From Candidatus Latescibacterota bacterium (lineage in GTDB: Bacteria > Latescibacterota > UBA2968 > UBA8231): a stretch of DNA of 64,000 nucleotides. Of this stretch, positions 1 through 9,237 are shown piece by piece. The notes below the pieces were generated by a model. The model had not been told where the DNA came from, searched no databases, and saw only the letters and a list, made by a program, of their open reading frames with translations. The translations under genes and the position numbers were made by a program. The stretch lies in the NCBI GenBank assembly GCA_965248265.1, contig CBDFJF010000002.1, forward strand, positions 4,064,001 to 4,128,000, written 5' to 3'. Positions within the stretch are counted from its first letter, which is position 1; every line of letters begins with the position of its first letter.

Positions 1-2
1 GC

Positions 3-800
3 GACTTGCTGCAAGGAGACCTGGGACGTTCGATGCGGACACACGAGCGCGTCACCACGGAGATGCTCGAGCGCTTCCCCGCCACTTGCGAGTTGACGGC
101 GGCCAGCATGACGCTGGCGATCGTATTCGGCATCGCGTTGGGGATCGCGGCGGCCGTCTACCGCGGTCGCCTCGTCGATCACGTCGGCATGGTGATGGCG
201 ACAGCCGGCATCTCCATCCCCGTGTTCTGGCTGGCATTGATGCTGATGCTGGTGTTCGCCGTGCAGTGGCCATTGTTGCCGGTTTCTGGCCGTGTCGCCC
301 CTCATATCGTCTTCGAGGCGCACACCAACTTCTATCTCCTTGACGCGTTGCTCAGCGGCAATCTGGCAGCAGTCTCAGATGTCTTGGCACATCTGGTCCT
401 GCCCGCCATCGCGCTCGGTACCATCCCCGTGGCCGTCATCGCCCGGATGACTCGCTCCAGCCTTCTGGAAGTTCTCAGTGAAGATTTCATCCGTACGGCG
501 TGGGCGAAGGGGCTGCCAGGGCGGCTCGTTGTGCTGCGTCACGGCGTCAGGAACGCGCTCATCCCGACGCTGACCGTGATTGGATTGGAGTTTGGTTACT
601 TGCTAGGAGGCGCCATCATCACGGAAACCGTGTTTGCGTGGCCTGGCCTGGGACGCTGGTTATTCATGGCGGTTCTCGCGCGTGATTTCCGCGCCGTACA
701 GGGCGGCGTGCTGCTACTCGCGTCCCTGTTCGTCATCATCAATCTGATAGCAGACATCCTGTACGCCTGGTTGGATCCACGCATTCGATATGATGACTGA
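3..800 (+). CDS. dppB: Dipeptide/oligopeptide ABC transporter permease (DppB/OppB type), 5' end outside window
   Basis: GDLGRS, RFPATxEL, EAA-loop-like 'IRTAWAKGL..RHGVRNALIP', 'TETVFAWPGLG', C-terminal 'LYAWLDPRIR'; frame is open to the window edge. Confidence 0.9.
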   Translation, partial: DLLQGDLGRSMRTHERVTTEMLERFPATCELTAASMTLAIVFGIALGIAAAVYRGRLVDHVGMVMATAGISIPVFWLALMLMLVFAVQWPLLPVSGRVAPHIVFEAHTNFYLLDALLSGNLAAVSDVLAHLVLPAIALGTIPVAVIARMTRSSLLEVLSEDFIRTAWAKGLPGRLVVLRHGVRNALIPTLTVIGLEFGYLLGGAIITETVFAWPGLGRWLFMAVLARDFRAVQGGVLLLASLFVIINLIADILYAWLDPRIRYDD

Positions 801-945
801 AGCGCCGTGTCATTTACGGCGCTCCATGGCGTTGTTTGCCGTGCTCCTCCACTTCCTCCTATATGATGACCGAAGCGCCGCGTTGTCTGCGGCGATCCTC
901 CACTTCCTACACGATGATCGAAGCGCCGTGTTTTAACGGCGCTCC
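788..945. repeat. Three degenerate ~38-bp direct repeats, each with a GCGCCG...CGGCG hairpin, between convergent genes
   Basis: 788-825 ATATGATGACTGAAGCGCCGTGTCATTTACGGCGCTCC; 861-898 ATATGATGACCGAAGCGCCGCGTTGTCTGCGGCGATCC; 909-945 ACACGATGATCGAAGCGCCGTGTTTTAACGGCGCTCC; CTCCACTTCCT precedes copies 2 and 3. Confidence 0.8.
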
Positions 946-946
946 T

Positions 947-1750
947 TTACTGCCAGGGGGCCGGGATGCCGGCCTCCAGGGTTTTGGCGCTCAGTCCCTC
1001 GTCGACCCGGTAGTTCTTGTATTCGAGTTCAAGCCCCACGTCGCCCTGTTCGAAGGTGATGTTGCCTGGTAAGTACACGGGGCCACTCGTTGTCTGCAGT
1101 TCGACGTATCCGCCCAATTCGCGCGTCCATACGATGTGCCCGCGCGAACGGAGTTGCTCCCTGAGCACGAAGCCGTTTTGCAGATCGATCCAGACGAGCC
1201 GCTCCCCTCCACGTCCTCCCACCAACCGAACCATGGCTCGATCGGCCCGCGGGTAGGAGATATCGCTGATGCCCAGCCTGGTTTCCACCTCAGTATCGTC
1301 GTCTCCGGGCCACACAAGGCCAAGCAGCGCGTAGCGCAGATCGTAGTCACCCAGCTCAAAGGGGGTCAGCGATGACAGCAACCCTCCTGTGGCCTCGCCT
1401 TGCCAAGTTTCCTTGCCGGCCACGGCTGTCACGTGCGAACCTCGTAACAGCAACGACAACAGGTGGGCGTATAGAGGACCGCGCACATCGACACGGAACA
1501 GATCGGGCTTCAGATAGAGGATTGAGGCGGTCGCCGAGCGCCGGCTGCCTCCCTGGCGAAACGTGATCCTGGCCTCGGCAGTGAGATCAGCGAACGCCGC
1601 GAGCCCCGAGTGTGCCAACAAGAGCGCGTGCTCTGGACCGTTTTGTGGTGTCCAACTCTGTCTGACAAGCTGGGAAGGGGCACATGCGTTGAGGGCCGTC
1701 AACAAAAGAACGAGGAGTGCGCCCCGAGGGCCGAACTTCGACAGAGACAA
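947..1750 (-). CDS. Lipoprotein, LolB/DUF4292-like (LolA/LolB-type beta fold)
   Basis: Lipobox 'LTALNAC' after a hydrophobic stretch; 'PDLFRVDVRGPL' motif; lies downstream of a TPR lipoprotein. Start moved to TTG 1750 because the ORF-track extension to 1921 runs through a MITE. Confidence 0.65.
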   Translation of the reverse strand: MSLSKFGPRGALLVLLLTALNACAPSQLVRQSWTPQNGPEHALLLAHSGLAAFADLTAEARITFRQGGSRRSATASILYLKPDLFRVDVRGPLYAHLLSLLLRGSHVTAVAGKETWQGEATGGLLSSLTPFELGDYDLRYALLGLVWPGDDDTEVETRLGISDISYPRADRAMVRLVGGRGGERLVWIDLQNGFVLREQLRSRGHIVWTRELGGYVELQTTSGPVYLPGNITFEQGDVGLELEYKNYRVDEGLSAKTLEAGIPAPWQ

Positions 1751-1768
1751 CAGTACCGATCCGCCTAG

Positions 1769-1928
1769 GAGCCCGTTGATAAACCCGCTTTGGAGCTGAG
1801 GCCGAGCAATTTTGGCCGATATCAAGGCGTGCGATCGAGTCGCATCAGTGGGATGCGGCGAGTGAGCACAACGCAGAGATCGGACGAAAGGGCCGGCTTC
1901 AGGCCAAATGGGGTTTTTCAACGGGCTC
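1769..1928. mobile_element. MITE-like non-autonomous element, 160 bp, flanked by CTAG on both sides
   Basis: Left end GAGCCCGTTGATAAACCC (1769-1786) and right end GGGTTTTTCAACGGGCTC (1911-1928) form an 18-bp inverted repeat with 1 mismatch; CTAG at 1765-1768 and 1929-1932, the latter containing the TPR gene stop codon. Confidence 0.8.
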
Positions 1929-3878
1929 CTAGGGCAAACCAGGAGCCGGTGCGCTCAACTTGGCCCGTACCTCGTCGTTATCCGGAAAGAGGTCCAGCGC
2001 CTTGCGCCAATGCTCCGCCGCCTCTCGATCTTTGCCCAGAGCCCGCGAGACGTCGCCGGCATGATCAAAAATCACGGCCTGTTCCTCTATGTGTTCGGTC
2101 GCCTCGTGACCGCTTACCTGCTCCAGAGCTTTTTGCAGATAGTGCTCGGCCTGCTCGAGGTGACCTAGGCGATAGTGAGCCCAGCCCAGGCTGTCAAAGA
2201 AGGCACCATTGTCAGGCTCCAATGCCACGGCTCTGTTCAGCAACTCGACCGCCTCCTCGAGATGGATGCCCCTTTCCGCGTACATGTAGCCGAGATAGTT
2301 GAGGGCGTAGGCGTCCTCTGGCTTCATTTCGATCAGCCGCACAAAGGTCTCGCCGGCGCGTTCGAAGTACTTGTCGTCATCCAACGCCCGGGATGCCTGC
2401 TCCAGACAGCTACCGAGGTAGAACAGGGCGTGCGTGTTGGTCGAGTCCAACCGGGCCGCGTAGCTGAGTTTCTCGATCGCCTCCTCCCACCTGCGCAATC
2501 TCTCCAGTGCGATCCCCCACCGTAGAAACGCATCACTGTGCGTGGAATCCGCGGCCACCGCGACACGGTACTGGGCTATGGCCTCCTGCCAGCGCTGCTG
2601 CCGGCCCAAGGCAAATCCCCAACTGACGCGCAGCGGCGCGGGCTCTTCGACGTGAAGGAGACCGCGCTTGTAGACCTCAATTGCGTCCTCCCACCGCTCC
2701 TGCTGTTCGTACCCCGAGCCCAGGTACTGGTATAGTTTGACCTCACTCGGCAGGTGCTCCAGGCCATTCTCGTAGACCTGCGTGGCGCCATCGAAGCGCT
2801 GATCCTTCTCGAGGGCGGCTCCGCGAAAGAGGTACAGCTTTACACTGTCGGGCATCGTCTGGATGGCCTCGTGCAGAATGCTGTCTGCCCTGTCGAACTC
2901 GTTTTGGTTGATGTAGTACCTGGCCGAATCGAGCCACGGCTCAACGGTTGTTGGCTTCAGCCCGACGATACTCTCGAACACACGGGCGGCTAGTTCGGGC
3001 TTCTTCAAATCTAGCAACACCTTGCCGAGCCGGTACAGAAAGCCAAGGTCCTCCTCGGGCAGGACCATATCGAGGTCGGCAGGGGTGACCAGCATCTGGG
3101 CGAGTTCATACAGTGCCAACGAACGATCTGGAATCGCCTTGGCCGCGCTGCGGTAATACTCAAGGCCTTTCTCGCGATCACCCTTCGATAGGGACAGCTC
3201 GGCCATACCGATCCACGCATCCTCCTGCTGTGGATCGGACTCCAGTACCTGCTCAAACACCTCTTCCGCCTGATCGCGATGGCCGCTGCGTGAGAGAATG
3301 TAGGCGACGTTGACACGCACGTGTGTCGGCGTCGACGGACTCTTCAACAGCCGTTCAAACAGACCGGACAGACGTTCGGTTTGACCCAGATCCATGTAGG
3401 TGCGTGCCAGGTGGGAGTACAGGGGCCAATTGTCAGGTTCTTGCTGCAGCAGGATTTCCAACTCGATCGCTGCCTCTGCCGGCTCACTGGCGGTCTCCAG
3501 CCAGTTGACGAGGCGGTAGCGCAGCTGAATCAAATCAGGGTCAAGCGCCAGGGCCCTGCGGGCAAAGCGGGAGGCCATTCCGTAGTCCTTGATGCGCTCG
3601 TAGTTGCGAGCCAGCTGGGAATAGATGGTCGCGGAGCTCGAATCGATATCGGCCGCACTGCGAAGGGCGACGATGGCCCCCAGGTAGTTGTCCTGTTCCT
3701 CATAGCGCTTGGCCTTGACGAAGTACTGCATGGCCTGCTGTCGCGGAGAGGTCCTGTCGGTGACAGCAGGCCATGGGCGGTTGTCACGTCCGAACAGGCC
3801 GGCGCAGCCCGTCCATAGTGTGACACCGAATAGAAGCACGGATCCAGCAACGAACGAATTTCGAGCAGTCACCTTCAC
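1929..3878 (-). CDS. Tetratricopeptide-repeat lipoprotein
   Basis: Lipobox 'LWTGC'; many TPR units; C-terminal 'ALNYLGYMYAERG..EEA..AVALEPDNGAFFDSLGWAHY' typical of TPR proteins encoded beside lolB. Confidence 0.85.
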   Translation of the reverse strand: MKVTARNSFVAGSVLLFGVTLWTGCAGLFGRDNRPWPAVTDRTSPRQQAMQYFVKAKRYEEQDNYLGAIVALRSAADIDSSSATIYSQLARNYERIKDYGMASRFARRALALDPDLIQLRYRLVNWLETASEPAEAAIELEILLQQEPDNWPLYSHLARTYMDLGQTERLSGLFERLLKSPSTPTHVRVNVAYILSRSGHRDQAEEVFEQVLESDPQQEDAWIGMAELSLSKGDREKGLEYYRSAAKAIPDRSLALYELAQMLVTPADLDMVLPEEDLGFLYRLGKVLLDLKKPELAARVFESIVGLKPTTVEPWLDSARYYINQNEFDRADSILHEAIQTMPDSVKLYLFRGAALEKDQRFDGATQVYENGLEHLPSEVKLYQYLGSGYEQQERWEDAIEVYKRGLLHVEEPAPLRVSWGFALGRQQRWQEAIAQYRVAVAADSTHSDAFLRWGIALERLRRWEEAIEKLSYAARLDSTNTHALFYLGSCLEQASRALDDDKYFERAGETFVRLIEMKPEDAYALNYLGYMYAERGIHLEEAVELLNRAVALEPDNGAFFDSLGWAHYRLGHLEQAEHYLQKALEQVSGHEATEHIEEQAVIFDHAGDVSRALGKDREAAEHWRKALDLFPDNDEVRAKLSAPAPGLP

Positions 3879-4741
3879 CCCGATCGCCTCGAAGAGAGTC
3901 GAAACGTCATGCTCTTTGGATCCATCGCGTCACGTAATCCATCCCCCAGCAAGTTGAGACCGAGTGCCACGACAAAAATGGCCAAACCTGGAAATATCAT
4001 CACCCACGGAGCCTTCAGAATAAGCTCCCTTCCACTGTTCAACATCGCCCCCCATTCAGGAGTCGGCGGCTGCGCTCCCAGGCCGAGAAAGCTGAGGCCG
4101 GCAGCGTCGAGGATCGCCGTCGCCAGACTCAGGCTGGTCTGCACGATCAGTGGAGCCATACAATTGGGTAGTATGCTGGAGACCATGATGCGCCAGTCAC
4201 TGGCTCCCAAGGCTCTGGCTGCCTCGACATAAGCCATCTCCCGTACTGACAGGACCGAAGCGCGCACCAGACGGGCGAACTGGGGAATCAGAACGAAGCT
4301 CACCGCGATCATCACGTTGTCGATACCGGGGCCCATGATGGCGACGACGGCAATGGCCAGCAGAATGCTCGGAAACGCCAGCATCAGATCGACCAGGCGC
4401 ATGATGATGACATCTGCGATGCCACCGCGATATCCAGCTGCCAGACCCATGCAGGTGCCCATCGTCAAAGCGATCGAGATACAGATCAGGCCGATGCGCA
4501 GAGAAATGCGGGATCCATAGATGACCCGGCTGAGAATATCTCTGCCGAACTCATCAGTCCCCATGGGGTATTGCATCGAGGGGGGCTTTAGCCGCTCGTA
4601 CAGGTTCTGCGCGAGTGGGTCGTGTGGTGCCAGCACGGGCGCCAGCAGGGCGACGATGGTCAGCCCCAGAACGATGATGCTACCGACCAGGGCCAGTGGA
4701 TAGGGCTGCAGACGAGTCCGGAGCGCGGCAACCAAGGTCAA
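3875..4741 (-). CDS. dppC: Dipeptide/oligopeptide ABC transporter permease (DppC/OppC type)
   Basis: 'MGTDEFGRDILSRVIYGSRISL', 'YVEAARALGAS', 'LSFLGLGAQPPTPEWGAML', 'NLLGDGLRDAMDP'. Confidence 0.92.
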   Translation of the reverse strand: MTLVAALRTRLQPYPLALVGSIIVLGLTIVALLAPVLAPHDPLAQNLYERLKPPSMQYPMGTDEFGRDILSRVIYGSRISLRIGLICISIALTMGTCMGLAAGYRGGIADVIIMRLVDLMLAFPSILLAIAVVAIMGPGIDNVMIAVSFVLIPQFARLVRASVLSVREMAYVEAARALGASDWRIMVSSILPNCMAPLIVQTSLSLATAILDAAGLSFLGLGAQPPTPEWGAMLNSGRELILKAPWVMIFPGLAIFVVALGLNLLGDGLRDAMDPKSMTFRLSSRRSG

Positions 4742-4748
4742 TCCCAGC

Positions 4749-5723
4749 CTAGTTGGCTTTGACAGTCTGGTCTACGATACCCTGGAGATCCTGCAAGGAC
4801 AGGGGCTTTTCGAGAAACCCGTCAAAACCGAGTCGGGCGATCTCATCCGTGTCGGCATAACCGGAAATCGCCAGGATGGGCAGCGACGGAAACTGACTGC
4901 GCATACGTCCGAGCAACTCCCTGCCATCCATCACTGGCATATTGATATCCGAAATCACGAGATCCAGCTTTTCCTCCTGAATGACATCTAATGCTTGCTC
5001 GCCGTTCTCCGCTTCGAGCACCTCGTACAGCGGCAGGGCGCGCTTGACGAGCGTGCGAATGTCCGCCTCGTCATCGACGACCAACAGGCGCGGCACCATC
5101 TCCTTCACCTGATCGTTGATCTGCAGCTCGATTTCCTCCGCATCGCGTCCGGCCGACTCCGCCGCCATCCCCATGGCGATCTCGGTACGTCGCTGCTGCA
5201 GATCGAGTCGTCGTTCGAGCACCGCGATTCTGCCTTCGTAGCGATCGCTCTCCACCTGATAGTCTCTTATGCGAACGTTGTCGTTGCTGAGTTTCGAAGA
5301 GAGAACTTCGATGATGGCCTTGTGCACCTTGCCATGCATATCCTCATCTTCACTCAACGCCAGATCAAATTGGGCCTTCTGGATGATGAAAATCGCCGTC
5401 GGACGGGTTACCTCCACGGTCGCGGAGCGCGGTTGTCCGGTAACCACGCCCATTTCACCGACTGTCGTCACCGGCAGAATCGTAGCCACCTTCATGCCTT
5501 CCGGCGTCACGATGGCGACTTCCCCGGAAAGCAGAATATACATCTCGTCACTTGGCGTGTTGCTTCGGCACACCAACTCACCCGGCTCATACTGCTTGTG
5601 GCTGCACAACGACAGAATGCGCTTGACCTGCGAGGGAGAAAGACCGGTGAAGATCGGTATCTTTCGCAGAACCTGGATGAGCAGCTTTTCTCTGTCTTTA
5701 TTCGGTTTCGATCCGGTGCTCAT
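4749..5723 (-). CDS. Cyclic-nucleotide-binding domain + coiled coil + C-terminal receiver domain protein
   Basis: cNMP motifs 'MYILLSGEV', 'VGEMGVVTGQPRSATV'; REC motifs 'LVVDDE', 'VISDINMPVMDG', 'ISGY', 'EKP'. Confidence 0.85.
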   Translation of the reverse strand: MSTGSKPNKDREKLLIQVLRKIPIFTGLSPSQVKRILSLCSHKQYEPGELVCRSNTPSDEMYILLSGEVAIVTPEGMKVATILPVTTVGEMGVVTGQPRSATVEVTRPTAIFIIQKAQFDLALSEDEDMHGKVHKAIIEVLSSKLSNDNVRIRDYQVESDRYEGRIAVLERRLDLQQRRTEIAMGMAAESAGRDAEEIELQINDQVKEMVPRLLVVDDEADIRTLVKRALPLYEVLEAENGEQALDVIQEEKLDLVISDINMPVMDGRELLGRMRSQFPSLPILAISGYADTDEIARLGFDGFLEKPLSLQDLQGIVDQTVKAN

Positions 5724-5760
5724 GGATATCTCTCATTGACACAACCAACAACGGCGTTGG

Positions 5761-5776
5761 TGCCGAATATATGCCA
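5761..5776 (-). promoter_or_regulatory. Possible sigma-54 promoter for the cNMP-REC gene
   Basis: Minus strand TGGCATATATTCGGCA = GG-N10-GC about 40 nt upstream of the ATG; the -12 box deviates from TTGC. Confidence 0.35.
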
Positions 5777-5818
5777 GGCGACTGGGGTCGGGTAGCGTCT
5801 TGCGCTACGGAACCGGCC

Positions 5819-7744
5819 CTATTGATCACAGCAACTCGACGAAGCGGTCACTGCCACGGAACTATTCGGGTCCTCGGACCCGGATAGTTCAAAAGACTCA
5901 GAAGAGTCGCAAGACTCTGCTGAGTCTTCATCGTCGCAGCAGGAATGGGAATCCCCCCTTCCCTCTCCGGTGTCATCCTCATCCTCACCGAGAAAATTGA
6001 ACAATTCGCCGACGAACCGACGGGGGCCCTGCCGGAGCAATGACAACATGCACAACAGCGCGAAAAGGACGAGTCCGATTTCTTCCAGCAGGCTACCCGA
6101 TACGTGACCGTGGGCGATTTCCGTCTGGCCTGTCTCCAGGGAAGGCAAGGCATTGACTATCCGCCCCAGAACGACGGCGAGTAGCGTGATCAAGGCACCG
6201 AAAGCGAGGGCGATTCGACGCCCGTGAAGCTGGGACAGCACGCCGAAGGTCGTCACATTTGTGGCTGGCCCCGTGAGCAGGAACGCCAGCGCCGCGCCCG
6301 GTGACACGCCCTTCAGAATCAGAATCGCAACCAGCGGTGTGGCGCCAGCGGCGCAGACATACACGGGAATACCGAGTAAGGCGAAGAACTCCACTTCGAA
6401 TGCCGCCGGCAAGGAGTCGATCCATTCGCTCTCGAGCAACGGGGACGCCAATGCCGCGACGACCAACCCGAGCAGAATCCACGGCACGGTGGAATCGACG
6501 ACCTCCTTCGCCCCCTCCCACGCCGCTTTCAAACGCTGAACCAGACTCGTCGCCGGAAGGTCCTCATGGGCGTGCGAATCCGCTCCATCGGCGACAGACA
6601 GCTTTGGCACCAGCCGCCCCAGTCCCCAGCCGACTACCAAGGCGACCAGGCCAGCGCCAACAACCCGGACGATGGTCATGTCTGCACCCAGCAGTGGGAA
6701 CGAGATCAGGACGGCATCCAGACTCAACTCCGGCGTCGCCACGAGGAATGACATGCCCGCCGTCGCCGGCACACCGCGCACGACGAGGCTGCGATAAACC
6801 GGAACGACGCCACACGAGCATATCGGCAACGGCAGTCCGAAGCCAACTCCCCTCAAGGACTGACTGAAACTTCGGCCGCGGGCCATCCAGTCCAGGGAAG
6901 CGCGAGGCAGCAACCCGTACACGGCCCCGGCGGCCAGGTAAGCGAAAACCAGTGCGGGAGCCGACTGAAGCGCCAGCGCATACAAGACATCCAGGGCGGC
7001 CAGGAACTTGGCTCCAAGATCGTGAGCGCTCGACATCCACCACAGCAAGACCGCCCCACCCAGGGCACCCAGTCCCGCCTGCCAGCGAGCGGCATCCGTC
7101 CCCGCCCCTGCCACCGGATAGGAACGGTGCAGAACCACGTGCACGAGAGAGCCAGCCACGAAGGCCTGAAATACGCCGAAGCCGTTGGCATTCTCAAGCA
7201 CACTTGCGAAGGCGTCTCCCGAAGCGAAACCGACTGCCGTGGCCACGGCGATCAGCAACAGGCAACCCAAAGCCGCTTTGAGACCGTAGAGAGGCCGCAG
7301 CAGGAACCAGACCGTCAGTCCGATCGGCAAGCGATGGACGACCACGGCCATCGGCAGCATATGTCCGCCATCGGCGTGCCCGGCGCTGTCGCTCGCCGCT
7401 ATCGCTGTCAGTGCCAGACCGTCGGTGAAGGCGTGTAGGGCAATGGCGACAAGCCCAAGCAGCAGCGCGAGGTTGTGAACCTGACGTGCGAGGCTGTGGA
7501 GCCGGTGTTCGAGCACCGTCGGCGCCAGCAAGCCGGTCAGAGCGGCCACCCCGGCCACCCACCCACCCAGACCGATGCTGTGTGGCAGGATATAGATGAG
7601 TACCAGCCCGATGATGGTGACGTAGACGAAACCATCCAGGGCCGCTGACATGACTGAAGTGAAGCGGGAGACCTGATAGACGATCGGTCCCACGGCAAGC
7701 ACTAACAGACTGAGGGCCAGTAGATTGAGCTCTGATTCGATCAT
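5819..7744 (-). CDS. Metal permease: ZIP-like N-terminal half fused to an ArsP/DUF318 (SO_0444-type) permease, with a Cys/acidic tail
   Basis: 'ALHAFTDGLAL', 'VVVHRLPIG' (ZIP-like); 'LPLPICSCGVVP', 'FLVATPE', 'YVCAAGATP', 'FLLTGPATN' (DUF318); tail 'SHSCCDD..SSSCCDQ'. Confidence 0.75.
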   Translation of the reverse strand: MIESELNLLALSLLVLAVGPIVYQVSRFTSVMSAALDGFVYVTIIGLVLIYILPHSIGLGGWVAGVAALTGLLAPTVLEHRLHSLARQVHNLALLLGLVAIALHAFTDGLALTAIAASDSAGHADGGHMLPMAVVVHRLPIGLTVWFLLRPLYGLKAALGCLLLIAVATAVGFASGDAFASVLENANGFGVFQAFVAGSLVHVVLHRSYPVAGAGTDAARWQAGLGALGGAVLLWWMSSAHDLGAKFLAALDVLYALALQSAPALVFAYLAAGAVYGLLPRASLDWMARGRSFSQSLRGVGFGLPLPICSCGVVPVYRSLVVRGVPATAGMSFLVATPELSLDAVLISFPLLGADMTIVRVVGAGLVALVVGWGLGRLVPKLSVADGADSHAHEDLPATSLVQRLKAAWEGAKEVVDSTVPWILLGLVVAALASPLLESEWIDSLPAAFEVEFFALLGIPVYVCAAGATPLVAILILKGVSPGAALAFLLTGPATNVTTFGVLSQLHGRRIALAFGALITLLAVVLGRIVNALPSLETGQTEIAHGHVSGSLLEEIGLVLFALLCMLSLLRQGPRRFVGELFNFLGEDEDDTGEGRGDSHSCCDDEDSAESCDSSESFELSGSEDPNSSVAVTASSSCCDQ

Positions 7745-7902
7745 ATCGATGATTGCGGTGTGATGCGATTGGAATTCGGCAGCACCTTGGCGAATTATTC
7801 ATATTAATGTATCAGTCCACTGCACATATATCCACCAACCCCCACCCCCCAACCCACAACCGGTCGATGCTGCGCCGACGTGGGAGACCATTTCACGGCG
7901 TT

Positions 7903-9237
7903 ATGAGAGCTGAAACGATCACCGGCTGGGGGCGTTTTCCCGTCACGGAGGGCATCCGACTCAGGGCACGCAGCGCCCGCGACCTGCAAGAGCATGCTAC
8001 CGCCGCCGAGTCCCTGCTGCCCCAGGGCAACTGCCGCAGCTACGGTGACGCCTGTCTCTGGGAACGCGTCGTCTCTACGCTTCCTCTCGATCGGCTGCTG
8101 GACTTCGATCCGGGCGCCGGCTTGCTTCGTGCCGAGGCCGGAGTGACACTGGCGAACATCATCCGCTTCATTCTGCCTCGGGGTTGGTTCCTTCCGGTGA
8201 CACCGGGGACCAAGTTTCCGACCCTGGGTGGATGCGTGGCGGCCGACATTCACGGCAAGAACCACCATGCGCACGGCTCGATAGCTCGCTTCGTCGAGTC
8301 GATGGAAATGGTCGTCGCCGATGGTTCCCGCGTCCAGTGCTCACCGACTCAGAATGCCGACCTATTCGCGGCGACCGTCGGAGGCATGGGGTTAACCGGG
8401 TTTATTTATTCGGTACGTCTGAAACTCATCCCCGTTGATTCGGCTTTTCTTGCCGTTGACTCGGAGCGCACGAAAGATTTGCGGCACACCTGCCGATTGC
8501 TCGTTGACACGCAAGACCAGTACGCCTATTCCGTGGCCTGGCTCGACTGCGCCATCAAGGGCAGACGTAGTGGGCGGGGCATTGTCATGCTAGGCAACCA
8601 CGCCAGAGCCGGGGCCGTCCCTCGACAACCCACGTGGCAACTGCACCCCGATAGGAGCACGAAGCTGCCAGTGCCCATGCCGGGTTGGACGCTCAACCGC
8701 CTCACCGTACGGACCTTCAATTCCCTGTACTGTCACCGGCACTGGAGACAGCGCAGGCAGCGAACTGTCCACTACGATCCGTTCTTTTATCCGCTGGACG
8801 GTGTGGCCAACTGGAATCTGCTGTATGGTAACCGTGGCTTCCTGCAGTACCAGTTCGCCGTGCCCTTTGCTGACGGTGTCGACGTCATCGCCGATGTGCT
8901 GGATCGCCTGCAACACGCAGGATTCACGCCGACGCTGGCGGTTTTGAAGACCTTCGGCGACTGGTCGGGGGGCATGCTCTCCTTTCCGATACCCGGGTAC
9001 ACCCTGGCCCTCGACCTGCCCGTGGCCGATGGTCGCATCGTCGGCACGCTGAAATCAGTTAGCGCCGCCATCACCGCGGCACGAGGACGCGTGTACCTGG
9101 CCAAGGACGCTGTGCTCACACGGGACGACTTCGAAGCCATGTATTCAGGACTCACGGAATTTCGTCAAATCAAACGCCACTACGATCCGGACTGCCGCTT
9201 TCGCTCCCGCCTCTCTGACCGCCTGGGATTGACCTGA
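7903..9237 (+). CDS. FAD-binding oxidoreductase, DprE1-like (polyprenyl-phosphoryl-ribose 2'-oxidase family)
   Basis: 'GWGR', 'GNCRSYGDA', 'LPVTPGTKFPTLGGCVAADIHGKNHH', 'FFYPLD', 'GFLQYQF', 'GRVYLAKDA'; ATG 7903 chosen over the 7753 extension. Confidence 0.85.
   Translation: MRAETITGWGRFPVTEGIRLRARSARDLQEHATAAESLLPQGNCRSYGDACLWERVVSTLPLDRLLDFDPGAGLLRAEAGVTLANIIRFILPRGWFLPVTPGTKFPTLGGCVAADIHGKNHHAHGSIARFVESMEMVVADGSRVQCSPTQNADLFAATVGGMGLTGFIYSVRLKLIPVDSAFLAVDSERTKDLRHTCRLLVDTQDQYAYSVAWLDCAIKGRRSGRGIVMLGNHARAGAVPRQPTWQLHPDRSTKLPVPMPGWTLNRLTVRTFNSLYCHRHWRQRRQRTVHYDPFFYPLDGVANWNLLYGNRGFLQYQFAVPFADGVDVIADVLDRLQHAGFTPTLAVLKTFGDWSGGMLSFPIPGYTLALDLPVADGRIVGTLKSVSAAITAARGRVYLAKDAVLTRDDFEAMYSGLTEFRQIKRHYDPDCRFRSRLSDRLGLT

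Noticed and set aside
788-945. Possible mini CRISPR array
   Set aside because: Repeats are degenerate, spacers are unequal (35 and 10 nt) and share sequence with each other, and there are no cas genes
1751-1921. N-terminal extension of the LolB-like ORF
   Set aside because: It is translated MITE sequence; the signal peptide and lipobox fit a start near 1750
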